DNA of 64,000 nt, taken from NCBI GenBank assembly GCA_964354405.1, contig CAYGZP010000001.1, positions 84,879 to 148,878 of the forward strand. Reading direction: 5' to 3'. Position numbers and translations under genes: made by a program. The DNA is from Candidatus Woesearchaeota archaeon. Lineage in GTDB: Archaea > Nanobdellota > Nanobdellia > Pacearchaeales > UBA284. Below the pieces are notes generated by a model. The model was not told where the DNA came from. It saw nothing but the letters and a program-made list of their open reading frames with translations, and did not search any database. Below are positions 19,905 through 29,862 of the stretch, one piece after another; within the stretch, counting starts at the first letter, position 1, and every line of letters begins with the position of its first letter.

Positions 19905-21431
19905 ATGGAATTAGGGGCAAGGGAATATCAGCTAAGCATCTTAGAGACTGCAAAAAAGCATAACACTCTCGTAGTTCTACCTACGGGATTGGGCAAAACA
20001 CTCATTGCACTGATGCTAGCTAAAGCGAGACTTGATAAGTTCCCCGACTCAAAGATCATCTTTCTCGCCCCCACAAGGCCCTTGACAGAACAACATTACA
20101 ATTATTTCAAAAAATATCTTCCCGGCTATGAGCAGCACATTTTCACAGGAAAAATCAATCCAAACCAAAGAACAAAGTTATGGCAGAGCGCGCAAATAGT
20201 CTTTTCAACACCCCAATGCATCGAGAATGATTTGAAAAATGAGTTGATTGACTTAAAACAAGTCTCCTTGCTTATCGAAGACGAGTGCCACAGATGTCTC
20301 AAGAACTATAGTTATGTTTATGTTGCCAAAGAATATTTGAAACAAGCCCGCGAGCCAAGATTGATAGGACTAACAGCTTCGCCAGGCAGCGATGCCCCCG
20401 TTATCAAGACAATCTGCAAGAACTTAGGCATAGATGCTGTTGAAATAAGAACTCGCGAGAGCAAAGATGTCAAATCCTATCTACAGAAACTTGAGAGCGA
20501 TGTAATAAAGGTTGAGCTTACAGAAGAGATGAAAGCAGTCAAATACTTGCTAAAGACAATTTATGACAGAAAAGTTGATGAACTGCAGAACAGAAAACTT
20601 TTGTTCGGAAGAACAACTAAAACAAATATCATAGAGCTGCAGAAAAGATTGATAAGACTGGTAACAACAGGCAACAAGCATTTCAATATTCTTAGGGGCA
20701 TGAGCATTTGCGCTCAGGCAATTAAAATACAGCATGCCCTTGAGATGTTAGAAACCCAAGGGATAGAGCAGTGTTATAATTATGTTAATGAAATTTTTAA
20801 TCAGGCTGATCAAAGCAAGAGCAAAGCAGTTCAGCAACTTGTAAACACAAAAGAGTTGGGGGATGCATATCTGATATTGACAAAACTTTTCCAAAATAAT
20901 ATTGAGCATCCAAAATTCGCAAAACTCAAGGAAGTGATGCAGAAAGAAATCAAGAACAAGCCAGAACTTAAGACAATAGTCTTCTCGCAATATCGAGACA
21001 CAGTTAACAAAATCCGAGATATCTTGAATGCAATGGGAATCAAAGCAAAAACTTTCATTGGCCAGGCAAAAAGAAAGACAAATGGCCTAACACAGATAGA
21101 ACAACAAGCCATATTGCGCGAGTTTTCACAAGGCAGAATCAATGCGCTCGTTTCAACTTCAATCGGCGAAGAAGGTTTGGACTTGCCTGAGGTTGACTTG
21201 GTTGTTTTTTACGAGCCGATTCCATCAGCAATAAGAAAAATTCAAAGAACAGGCAGAACCGCGAGATTAAAACCCGGAAAATTAATTGTTCTTGTGACAA
21301 AGGGAACAAGAGATGAGAGCAATTATTGGGCTTCGCATCACAAGGAGAAGAAAATGTACCGCGAGTTAGAAAACATGCAAAAAGGTTTCAATAAAAGCGA
21401 GCCATCACAAAAGAAACTCGAATCATTTTGA
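19905..21431 (+). CDS. Hef/FANCM-type SF2 helicase (helicase half only)
   Basis: PTGLGKT, DECHR, TASP, QRTGRTAR; ends in PIP-box-like QKKLESF; no nuclease domain. Confidence 0.92.
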   Translation: MELGAREYQLSILETAKKHNTLVVLPTGLGKTLIALMLAKARLDKFPDSKIIFLAPTRPLTEQHYNYFKKYLPGYEQHIFTGKINPNQRTKLWQSAQIVFSTPQCIENDLKNELIDLKQVSLLIEDECHRCLKNYSYVYVAKEYLKQAREPRLIGLTASPGSDAPVIKTICKNLGIDAVEIRTRESKDVKSYLQKLESDVIKVELTEEMKAVKYLLKTIYDRKVDELQNRKLLFGRTTKTNIIELQKRLIRLVTTGNKHFNILRGMSICAQAIKIQHALEMLETQGIEQCYNYVNEIFNQADQSKSKAVQQLVNTKELGDAYLILTKLFQNNIEHPKFAKLKEVMQKEIKNKPELKTIVFSQYRDTVNKIRDILNAMGIKAKTFIGQAKRKTNGLTQIEQQAILREFSQGRINALVSTSIGEEGLDLPEVDLVVFYEPIPSAIRKIQRTGRTARLKPGKLIVLVTKGTRDESNYWASHHKEKKMYRELENMQKGFNKSEPSQKKLESF

Positions 21432-21465
21432 AAAGACTTTTAAATTCTTAATGTCTTGATTTTAT

Positions 21466-24400
21466 ATGAAAAAGGCACAGGTTAAACCCCGAGGGGTTAC
21501 TTTAGTAAAACGGCGCGATGGTTCGCTAGTTTCTTTTAATAGTTTGAAGATTGACAAGGCGATATTTAAGGCAATGAAAGCCTTAGACATGCATAATGAA
21601 AGAATAGCCAAGCAATTCACGCAGCAGGTTATTAATGCCCTTAATAAAAATATAAACCATTATGAAAAAGGCATTCCCACAGTTGAACAAATCCAAACCA
21701 CTGTAGAGCAAGTTCTTGAGAAAAATTATGAAAGATTGTTCAAAGTTTATTCTTTATACAGAAGATCAAGACATATCGCCAGAGAGCTCAGACAGTTTTT
21801 CAAAATCAAAGATGACTTGAAATTCAGCGCTAATGCGCTGAAAGTTCTTGAGGAGCGTTACTTGCTTAAGGATGATACTGGAAAAATCATTGAAACCCCG
21901 ACTGAAATGTTCAGAAGAATCTCTAGAGTAATCGCATTCGTAGATTCAAGATACAACAAAAGCAATGAGCAAGTAAAGAAAACCGAAGCTGAGTTCTTCG
22001 AAATGATGAAAAACTTGGAATTTTTGCCTAATTCTCCTACAATAATGAATGCCGGGACAAATTTAGGCCAGCTTTCAGCATGCTTCGTTCTTCCGATTGA
22101 AGACAGTTTAGAAAGCATTTTCACAACTCTCAAACACATGGCGCTTATCCAGCAATCAGGTGGGGGCACAGGCTTCAGTTTCTCAAAAATCCGGGCAGAT
22201 GGCGATATGGTAAAAAGTACTAAAGGAATTGCAAGCGGCCCAGTAAGTTTCATCAATATTTTCGACGCAACAACCGAAGTCATAAAACAAGGAGGTAAGC
22301 GCAGAGGCGCAAATATGGCAATATTACATTGCTCCCATCCTGATATCGAAAGATTTATCTTGGCTAAACAGAAAGAGAGACAATTGAGCAATTTTAATAT
22401 TTCTGTAGCAGCAACAGATGAATTCATGCAAGCTGCGCTTGAAAACAAATTGTTTTCATTAGTAAACCCAAGAACAAAAAAATCAGATAAAAAGATAAAC
22501 GCAAGAAAAACTTTTGAACTTTTATGCGATTCAGCTTGGCAGACAGGCGATCCCGGGATTGTTTTCATAGACGAAATTAACAGAAAACAACCCACACCCC
22601 TACTAGGGAAAATAGAATCTACTAATCCTTGCGTCGCTGAAGGCAGTCTTATTTCAACAAATGGGGGGTTAATTCCAATAGAAAAAATCCATAATCCTTA
22701 TTTTATCTCAACAATCAGTGGCTTAAATCCAATTTTATGGGCTGGAAAGACCGGAGTGAAAGAGGTCTTTAATATAAAAACTAATGCGGGATTCGAAATT
22801 AATGCAACAGCCGACCATAAAATATTAACTACTACTGGTTGGAAAGAAGCAGAAAAATTGACAAATAAAGATAAGTTGGTTTTAGGAAAATGTCCTTTTG
22901 GCAATATTAAAATTTCTAAAGAAGAAGCTCTTGCTTTGGGTTGGCTTATTGGAGATGGACATCTGACAAAAGATCAAAAAAAAGTAATTTTCTTTTTTAA
23001 TAAAGAAGATAAAAATGAAATGTTATCGCTAATTAAGCCTTATATGGACAAATTAAACAAAAAAGAAGTGAAAATAAGAGAAGAAAATAATGAAATAAGA
23101 ATAACCTATAGTTCAAAGATTGCAAAATTTTTCATAAATCTAGGAATAAGATACAAAAAAGCTAAAGAAAAAGAAATTCCATTAAAAGTATTTCAGATGG
23201 AGAAGGAATCTATAAAAAATATTCTTTCTGCCATATTTGGAGCAGATGGTTCTGTCCAAGGAAATAGGAAAAAGGGGATTAGTATTAGACTAGCCTCATC
23301 TTCATTAAAATTATTAAAGCAAATTCAACTACTACTTCTTCAATTTGATATTCTTTCAAAGGTTTATGAAAATAGAAGAAAAGCTGGAAAAAGAATTTTA
23401 CCCGATTCTAAAAGAAATCCAAAAGAATTTTTCTGTAATGCAGACCATGAATTGATAATCTCAAGAGAAAGCGCATTTAGATTTATGAAAGAAATAGGGT
23501 TTTCTATAGAAGCAAAACAAAAAAAATTTGAAAAAATAAAACCTTTTAAAATTTATAAAGATAATTTAGATTTATCAGTCAAAGAAATAAAGAAAATAGG
23601 AACAATGAAAGTTTATGATATAAGTGAGCCCAAAACACATTCCTTTGTTGCGAATGGTTTAATTGTCCATAATTGCGGCGAGGTTCCTTTGCTGCCTTTC
23701 GAATCTTGTAATCTTGGCTCGATAAACCTAAGCAAATTCGTAGCAAACAGCAAGATTGACTGGCAGAGGCTTCAGAAAACAATCCACAATGCGATACATT
23801 TTCTTGACAATGTCATAGATGCAAACAAATATCCTTTACTTGAGATAGAAAAAATAACAAAGGCGAATAGAAAAATTGGATTAGGCATCATGGGATTCGC
23901 AGATATGTTGATAAAATTACGCATTCCTTACAATTCTAATGAAGCTCTCGCACTTGCCGAAAAAATAATGGGGTTTATAACCAAAGAATCCCGAACAGCG
24001 TCAATAGTTCTTGCAAAGTCTAGAGGAAGTTTCCCAAATTTTGACAAAAGCATATGGAAAGGCAAAGTTCCATGCTTGAGAAACGCGACATGCACGACTA
24101 TCGCCCCAACAGGCTCAATATCCATCATCGCGGGCTGCTCAAGCGGCATCGAACCATTATTTGCGATGGCTTATGTCCGAGAGATAATGGAAAAAAAGCG
24201 TTTTGTTGAAATCAATCACGATTTTCAGATAGAATTAATCAAAAAAGATTTGTTCAACGATGCTCTAATAAGAAAGGTAGCTTCAACAGGTTCAATACAA
24301 AAAGTTCCATTACCTCGGGACTTGAAAAAAGTTTATGTCACAGCTTTAGACATCTTGCCAGAATGGCATGTGAAGATGCAGGCAGCATTTCAAAAACATA

Positions 24401-24624
24401 CAGATAATGCAGTCAGCAAAACAGTCAACTTGCCACAGAATGCGAAGCCTCAAGAAATCAGAAAAATTTTCTTATTGGCATGGAAACTCAAATGCCAGGG
24501 CATAACTATCTATCGCTATGGGAGCAAACCAGAACAAGTTCTTTATCTCGGCAAGGGAAGAAAGCTAACAAAAGCGGAGTTGCATTACTCAGGCGGCTCA
24601 GCCTGCGTCGAGTGTTCTATATAA
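21466..24624 (+). CDS. nrdJ: Class II (adenosylcobalamin-dependent) ribonucleotide reductase with ATP cone and intein
   Basis: VKRRDG ATP cone, PNSPT, QLSACFV, TNP/CGE, TIAPTG, SSGIEP, C-terminal CxxC. Confidence 0.93.
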   Translation: MKKAQVKPRGVTLVKRRDGSLVSFNSLKIDKAIFKAMKALDMHNERIAKQFTQQVINALNKNINHYEKGIPTVEQIQTTVEQVLEKNYERLFKVYSLYRRSRHIARELRQFFKIKDDLKFSANALKVLEERYLLKDDTGKIIETPTEMFRRISRVIAFVDSRYNKSNEQVKKTEAEFFEMMKNLEFLPNSPTIMNAGTNLGQLSACFVLPIEDSLESIFTTLKHMALIQQSGGGTGFSFSKIRADGDMVKSTKGIASGPVSFINIFDATTEVIKQGGKRRGANMAILHCSHPDIERFILAKQKERQLSNFNISVAATDEFMQAALENKLFSLVNPRTKKSDKKINARKTFELLCDSAWQTGDPGIVFIDEINRKQPTPLLGKIESTNPCVAEGSLISTNGGLIPIEKIHNPYFISTISGLNPILWAGKTGVKEVFNIKTNAGFEINATADHKILTTTGWKEAEKLTNKDKLVLGKCPFGNIKISKEEALALGWLIGDGHLTKDQKKVIFFFNKEDKNEMLSLIKPYMDKLNKKEVKIREENNEIRITYSSKIAKFFINLGIRYKKAKEKEIPLKVFQMEKESIKNILSAIFGADGSVQGNRKKGISIRLASSSLKLLKQIQLLLLQFDILSKVYENRRKAGKRILPDSKRNPKEFFCNADHELIISRESAFRFMKEIGFSIEAKQKKFEKIKPFKIYKDNLDLSVKEIKKIGTMKVYDISEPKTHSFVANGLIVHNCGEVPLLPFESCNLGSINLSKFVANSKIDWQRLQKTIHNAIHFLDNVIDANKYPLLEIEKITKANRKIGLGIMGFADMLIKLRIPYNSNEALALAEKIMGFITKESRTASIVLAKSRGSFPNFDKSIWKGKVPCLRNATCTTIAPTGSISIIAGCSSGIEPLFAMAYVREIMEKKRFVEINHDFQIELIKKDLFNDALIRKVASTGSIQKVPLPRDLKKVYVTALDILPEWHVKMQAAFQKHTDNAVSKTVNLPQNAKPQEIRKIFLLAWKLKCQGITIYRYGSKPEQVLYLGKGRKLTKAELHYSGGSACVECSI
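22630..23673 (+). mobile_element. Intein with LAGLIDADG homing endonuclease (348 aa) in RNR
   Basis: Starts CVAEGS after NP; block B ATADHK; LGWLIGDG and IFGADG motifs; ends VHN before Cys+1; visibly AT-richer than the exteins. Confidence 0.95.
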
Positions 24625-24648
24625 AAATAAAATTCAGATAATAGATAA

Positions 24649-24927
24649 TCACAACAGACTAAAAACTCCTTTCTGGCCTATCGCCAATGCAGCAATAACT
24701 AAAATTAAAGCATTCACACTGAAAAATATTGCAAACAAGAGCATTAATGCAATAATTACATCAATTATGCTTCCGATGTCTAGAGTAAAGATAAAAGGGA
24801 GGGATTTAACAACCAAAACAACAATCATAACAATCAACAGCAACGCAGGCATATTAACTTCCAAAGCTAAAAGGAACAAAACTAAAGCCACAAACAAATC
24901 AAACCCTCCGAGTATCTTAATAAGCAT
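24649..24927 (-). CDS. Small hydrophobic membrane protein
   Basis: 92 aa, almost entirely TM segments. Confidence 0.65.
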   Translation of the reverse strand: MLIKILGGFDLFVALVLFLLALEVNMPALLLIVMIVVLVVKSLPFIFTLDIGSIIDVIIALMLLFAIFFSVNALILVIAALAIGQKGVFSLL

Positions 24928-24960
24928 ACATATTATAAGTCCTGTTTATTTTAAAACTTT

Positions 24961-25590
24961 ATGATTGTAGTTGATAAAAGAGAAAAGAACTCACTAGTGT
25001 TAGCAGAGCTCATTGACCATCATCATGAGATAAAACTCGAGCAGCTTGAAGTCGCGGATTACATCATTGGCCAAGTTGCCGTTGAAAGAAAAACTCTTGC
25101 AGATTTCGTATCAAGCATGCTTAACAAGCGGCTTTTAAGACAATTAGAAGAGCTAAAACAGTTCCCCAACCCCCTATTAATAATCGAAGGCATAGATGAT
25201 CATCCACTTTATGAGTTTGGCAAGCTTAATCCTAACGCAATTCGCGGGATGATGCTCTCAATTATGTTAGAGTTCAAAATTCCAATTGTTTTGACAAGAA
25301 ATTCAGCCGACACCGCAGAATTTCTCATTTTAATTGATAAAAGACAGGCGAGGGGAGAAAAAGAAATCTCACTCAAAGCAAAAAGAAAAGCTTTCAATCT
25401 CGCACAACAGCAGCAATTTATTCTTGAAAGCTTTCCAGGAATCGGCCCAGCAACAGCTAAAGCACTATTAAAAAAATTCAAAACCGTCAAGGCAGTGATG
25501 AATGCTAAAGATAAAGATTTAGAAAAAATAATAAACAAAAATAAAATCTTCACACTAAAGAAAATTATCACTGCAAGGTATATTCCTTGA
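24961..25590 (+). CDS. ERCC4/XPF-type nuclease with HhH (nuclease half of Hef)
   Basis: VDKRE, ADYII, VERKTxxDF, FPGIGP HhH. Confidence 0.93.
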   Translation: MIVVDKREKNSLVLAELIDHHHEIKLEQLEVADYIIGQVAVERKTLADFVSSMLNKRLLRQLEELKQFPNPLLIIEGIDDHPLYEFGKLNPNAIRGMMLSIMLEFKIPIVLTRNSADTAEFLILIDKRQARGEKEISLKAKRKAFNLAQQQQFILESFPGIGPATAKALLKKFKTVKAVMNAKDKDLEKIINKNKIFTLKKIITARYIP

Positions 25591-26104
25591 TTGTCTCATA
25601 TATTGGCCCTGCCTTTGTAAGCTCGGATTTCTTCAGCGCGAACTTTGTAATCTCAAATTCAATTGGATTAATCTTTATATCTTGGAGTTTTTTGGAAAAT
25701 TCCTCTTTATTCTGGATAAATCTGACTCTGGTCAGTGTTATATGAGATTCAAACGACTGATCTTTCTTGATTCCTTCTTTCTCTAAAACAGCATCAATTT
25801 TTTTGTGAAGTTCTTTGACTTTTTCTATCGGTTCAAGAGCAATCCAAACAACCCGCACAAATGTGGGCAAGGGAAAAACTCCTATCTTGCCCAAACTTGC
25901 CTTAAACTTTCCAAATTTAACTTGATCCAATGTATCTTTTATTTTATTAACTTGAGAATCGTCGATTTCTCCAAAGAATTTTAAAGTCAAATGCAAATTC
26001 TCTGGCTCAATAAGTTTCATGCTGGCGTCAGGAAGCTGTTTCTGCAATTTTAATAACTCTTCTTTTATTTCTTTCGGAAGCTCGATAGCAAGAAAACATC
26101 TCAT
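25568..26104 (-). CDS. thpR: RNA 2',3'-cyclic phosphodiesterase (2H family)
   Basis: MRCFLAI start, two HxT motifs (HLTL, HITL), GPIY. Confidence 0.93.
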   Translation of the reverse strand: MRCFLAIELPKEIKEELLKLQKQLPDASMKLIEPENLHLTLKFFGEIDDSQVNKIKDTLDQVKFGKFKASLGKIGVFPLPTFVRVVWIALEPIEKVKELHKKIDAVLEKEGIKKDQSFESHITLTRVRFIQNKEEFSKKLQDIKINPIEFEITKFALKKSELTKAGPIYETIKEYTLQ

Positions 26105-26105
26105 C

Positions 26106-26711
26106 TTAATAATTATGCAACTTAACTTTTGCGCTGACTGTTTTGATATTATGATCTTTAATTTCCGCTTTTGTCAAGCCTATAAGAACACAACATCCAA
26201 TTAAAGCTAAAATCCCCACAGCTGCAAAAACTGGAGTGAATCCTATTTTAGTGACCAACTGCGAGCCCACAAAAGCTGCAAGGGCAGTTCCAATCCCAAC
26301 ACTCGACGAGTAGATGGACCATTCCCATCCTCGTGCTTTTTTATTCAAATTTGCCGCGAACAATGAAAACCATGCAGGGTTTGCCAATCCAGCCCCGAAA
26401 CCCTGGACTGCGGCAGCAATAAAGATATGATTCACATTAGTTGAAAAAATATAAATAAATGGAACCGCTGCAATGAAAAAAGTTCCTAGGATAACCATAG
26501 GATATCTGTGTTTGGGTTTAGCAACATTTGCAAAAACAAGCTGTAAAACACATCGGATAAATGTGGTTATAGCAATCGCGATTCCTGCAGCCGCAATACT
26601 GCCTCCAATCAAATTCTCTTTGATGAAAATTGCCATTATAGGCGCAATCAACCCAAATCCAGTTAATACAAATATATCTGAAAACACAAGCAACTTCAAA
26701 GTTCTATTCAT
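26106..26711 (-). CDS. Half-size MFS transporter (about 6 TM)
   Basis: MFS-like helices, 'RGWEWS' loop. Confidence 0.8.
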   Translation of the reverse strand: MNRTLKLLVFSDIFVLTGFGLIAPIMAIFIKENLIGGSIAAAGIAIAITTFIRCVLQLVFANVAKPKHRYPMVILGTFFIAAVPFIYIFSTNVNHIFIAAAVQGFGAGLANPAWFSLFAANLNKKARGWEWSIYSSSVGIGTALAAFVGSQLVTKIGFTPVFAAVGILALIGCCVLIGLTKAEIKDHNIKTVSAKVKLHNY

Positions 26712-26716
26712 TTTTC

Positions 26717-27418
26717 TTAGCTCGATTCCTCTTTCTTAATCAAATATTTAATCAGCTTTGCTGCTAGATTAACAGTTTTATTGTTTAAATCCTTTTCGGG
26801 ATTGACCTCAATTAAGTCAATGGCTTTTGTCTTGTCTTTAATCTTATCGAGCAAATCATAAAACTCCTTGATTTTCATTCCATTTGACTCTAGATAACCA
26901 GTCCCTGGCGCGATTGCAGGATCTAAAACATCAATATCAATGCTAAGATAAATATCAAAATTCTCCCGTAAATTAAGCTTGTTAATCTCTATTTCTTTTC
27001 TTTTGCTCAAAAACGTTTTTTCTTCTGGCTCTATCTTCCTTAAGCCCAACAGAACAATTTTATCAAAAAGTTTTTCTTCTATAATTGCCCGCAGCCATTC
27101 CTCATGACTAGGCTCTGGCATCGGTTTCATACAGTCCGCATGAGCATCAAAAATCACAAGACATTTTTTCCTCTTCGCACATTTAGCAAATGCCTTAGCA
27201 AGAGGATAAGATATTGAGTGATCCCCGCCGATAAACAAAACTCTCTCGCCTTTCTTTAGAATCTGAACTGCCCTTTTAGAAATTTTTTCCAAAGATTCTT
27301 TTACATTATCATTATCAACTTTAATTTCTTCAGCATTTTTTGCAAGAATATTGGGCGCTTTTTCACATCCTTTAGTCTTGCCTAATCCATTGATAAAAGG
27401 AACCTTGACAATTAACAT
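26717..27418 (-). CDS. Arginase/agmatinase family ureohydrolase
   Basis: GGDHS, FDAHAD, SIDIDVLDP..APGTG, EVNP. Confidence 0.93.
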   Translation of the reverse strand: MLIVKVPFINGLGKTKGCEKAPNILAKNAEEIKVDNDNVKESLEKISKRAVQILKKGERVLFIGGDHSISYPLAKAFAKCAKRKKCLVIFDAHADCMKPMPEPSHEEWLRAIIEEKLFDKIVLLGLRKIEPEEKTFLSKRKEIEINKLNLRENFDIYLSIDIDVLDPAIAPGTGYLESNGMKIKEFYDLLDKIKDKTKAIDLIEVNPEKDLNNKTVNLAAKLIKYLIKKEESS

Positions 27419-27429
27419 TTTCAGGAAAT

Positions 27430-28629
27430 TTATTTTGGCACAACAGCCGCGAACGCATAATTCTTTATTTTTGCTATAGCTTTGACATCCTCAAGCTTGA
27501 CGTCTGAGATTTTCTCATCATATTCATAAAAATCTTCTGCTTGGGTTGCGATTTCCTGGAATGTAATAGCAGCAGCGGTTTTCTCGCTATCTTCCAAGTC
27601 CAATTGCCAGTTTCCAATGCATTGCTCCTTGGCTTCCTCCAAGTCTCTCGAATTCAAATTTTTAAATTTAGACAATTCTTTTAATATAATTTCTCGAACT
27701 TTCTTCAAATTCTCCTTATTGATGCCTGCATAAACAATGCAATGCCCATAATCGCGTTCATTCTCGATAAAGCTCTTTATTGTGTAAGCCCATCCTCGTT
27801 TTTCTCGGACTTCCTGGAAAAGCCATGAGGACATTCCTTGTCCAAAAATCCCATTGAATATATCCGCAGAATGTTTTTGTTTATCGCTTAATTTAGCTGA
27901 ATTGAAAGCCAATGTCAAATGAGCCTGATCAATGTCTTTTCTCTTCTCAATAAACTCATTATTCTTTCCAGCAGGAAGAATATTTAATTTAGGCATGGGA
28001 TTTTTATAAGAATTAATATTTTTCTTGGCAATATCTTCAATTTCTTCTATGTCTGCATCGCCTACAACCGCGATTACAGAATTTTCCGCGCCATAGAACT
28101 TATCATGCCATCTTGCAAAAGTATTTCTGTTAAAACTCGTAACAGTCTCCTTGCTACCCAATACAGGCAAGGCAAATGGCTTTCTATAAAGAAGCTCTTT
28201 AATTTTATCAAACAAAAAGTTCATTGGCATGTCATGAGTTCTCTTTATCTCGGAAACAATCACTCCTTTTTCTTTCCCAAGTTCCTTAGAATCAAACTTT
28301 GGATTTGAGAACATATCAAAAATAATATCTGCTCCGAGTTTTGCCTGTTTCGATGGCATCTTGCACCAAAATGCAGTAATCTGCTCTGCAGTGAAGCCAT
28401 TTAAGATTCCCCCTGCTTTTTCTATAGCGCTTGAGATAGTTTTTTGCCCCCGTGTCTTCGAACCCTTGAATAACATATGCTCTGTAAAATGTGCTATTCC
28501 TTTATTTTTCTCGTTCTCATAGGCTGCTCCGGCCCTTGTCGCAGCAATGATAGTCACGACAGGAAGATTTCTTTTCTCAAACAACAAGGTTGCGCCATTC
28601 TTCAGCCTCTTTTTATAAAACTCAGCCAT
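27430..28629 (-). CDS. M16 family zinc peptidase
   Basis: Inverted zinc motif HFTEH, LFQEVREKRG.AY. Confidence 0.95.
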   Translation of the reverse strand: MAEFYKKRLKNGATLLFEKRNLPVVTIIAATRAGAAYENEKNKGIAHFTEHMLFKGSKTRGQKTISSAIEKAGGILNGFTAEQITAFWCKMPSKQAKLGADIIFDMFSNPKFDSKELGKEKGVIVSEIKRTHDMPMNFLFDKIKELLYRKPFALPVLGSKETVTSFNRNTFARWHDKFYGAENSVIAVVGDADIEEIEDIAKKNINSYKNPMPKLNILPAGKNNEFIEKRKDIDQAHLTLAFNSAKLSDKQKHSADIFNGIFGQGMSSWLFQEVREKRGWAYTIKSFIENERDYGHCIVYAGINKENLKKVREIILKELSKFKNLNSRDLEEAKEQCIGNWQLDLEDSEKTAAAITFQEIATQAEDFYEYDEKISDVKLEDVKAIAKIKNYAFAAVVPK

Positions 28630-28745
28630 AAATCTCTTTGCCCGCGCTAATTTAAATTACTTTCTATTGCAAAATATATTAAAAAAAGGTTATAAGGTAG
28701 CGACATAATGTATTTAAATTAAAAACTTCTTAAGAATCTGACTTT

Positions 28746-28829
28746 CGGGGGAAAGATGTTTAAACTAAATGGGGCGATTTCTGAAATTTTTACGAGTTTC
28801 ACTTACTTCATTTAGTTTTCTCTTTCCCG
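28746..28829 (+). ncRNA. Candidate structured RNA (long hairpin)
   Basis: Nested complementarity GGAAAGA/TCTTTCC, AAACTAAATG/CATTTAGTTT, TGAAATT/AGTTTCA in a 420-bp intergenic region; strand inferred from G-U pairs. Confidence 0.4.
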
Positions 28830-29051
28830 TATTAATTCTCAACTGCTACAATATACAGTATTATTTAAAATTCTGACACAAAAACTTGTATTTTTGAAGA
28901 TTTTGGCGTCGAAGAGCTGTGAAAACCGAAAAACTCGCAGAAAGTTATACTTAAAGCTCGAGGGAAAAGTTTAAATATTTAATATTGCCCTTATTTTTCA
29001 CAGAAATAACGAAAAAAGAGAACACAAGGGGCTGGGAGCGAGGAGAAAAAA

Positions 29052-29297
29052 ATGGCAATGACAGCAGGCGGCGGCCGTGACTTAAGAAAATATATGGATG
29101 ACCCGAAAACACTTGAAATCTTTGGTAAATTAATCAGCGGAAGAAGCGGTTATATTCCAGTCATAGAAAGAAGAGTGGAGATTGTTTATTGTAAAACTTG
29201 TCATCTACAATTGAGCGGCGAGGAAAAATTCTGCCCAGAGTGCGGGACAAAAGTCGTCAAAGAAGAACCAAAACAAGAACAAGAAGAAACTCAGTAG
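29052..29297 (+). CDS. Zinc-ribbon protein
   Basis: CKTC...FCPECG; GAGGAG SD. Confidence 0.8.
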   Translation: MAMTAGGGRDLRKYMDDPKTLEIFGKLISGRSGYIPVIERRVEIVYCKTCHLQLSGEEKFCPECGTKVVKEEPKQEQEETQ

Positions 29298-29319
29298 ATT
29301 AGGGATTTAAAAATTTCAC

Positions 29320-29802
29320 TTATCTTGTAAGATATATTTCTCTGTAAGCCTTCATATCCAAGTAAGTAGCTAGAACTTTAGGCAACGTGCCGGGCCAATC
29401 ATTCACTTTTTCTATTTTGAAAACACTTTCAGTTTCATTAAAGTCTCTAGCTATGTACTCAAGCCGGGCTCCATCATGAACGCCCGTACTCTCTACATAT
29501 TTTTTTTCTGTCTTCGCTTTTAAAATGTATGCTCTTATACTATCTCCTTTCTCCAAAGGGCATAAACCATTAAAAATTAACTTTTTTATACCACTTATGT
29601 GTGTGAGACTTCCTTCAAGTCCTCCTTTTATATCTATGACAGTTTGGTATTTTTGTCCAACTTCTTCTGAATGGGCTTTCCCACCATAAACCCTAAAACC
29701 CGCAGGTGTAGGGTCAATAAATTTGTCTTCAACAGTGATTTTTACCTCAAGAATCGAGCAGTAGATACATTCCACAAAAGGGTCTAGATTTTGTTTTTTC
29801 AT
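29320..29802 (-). CDS. Hypothetical protein (beta-rich, possibly OB-like)
   Basis: 160-aa ORF; no firm motif. Confidence 0.55.
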   Translation of the reverse strand: MKKQNLDPFVECIYCSILEVKITVEDKFIDPTPAGFRVYGGKAHSEEVGQKYQTVIDIKGGLEGSLTHISGIKKLIFNGLCPLEKGDSIRAYILKAKTEKKYVESTGVHDGARLEYIARDFNETESVFKIEKVNDWPGTLPKVLATYLDMKAYREIYLTR

Positions 29803-29862
29803 GAGTTGTATAGAAAAGATCGCTTTAAAATGTTTATTATAATAAAAAGATTATTTCAGAGT

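Noticed and set aside
28746..28829. Hairpin as SRP RNA or RNase P RNA
   Set aside because: No SRP helix-8 GNAR/AGCAG motif or RNase P P4 consensus seen; too short and AT-rich.
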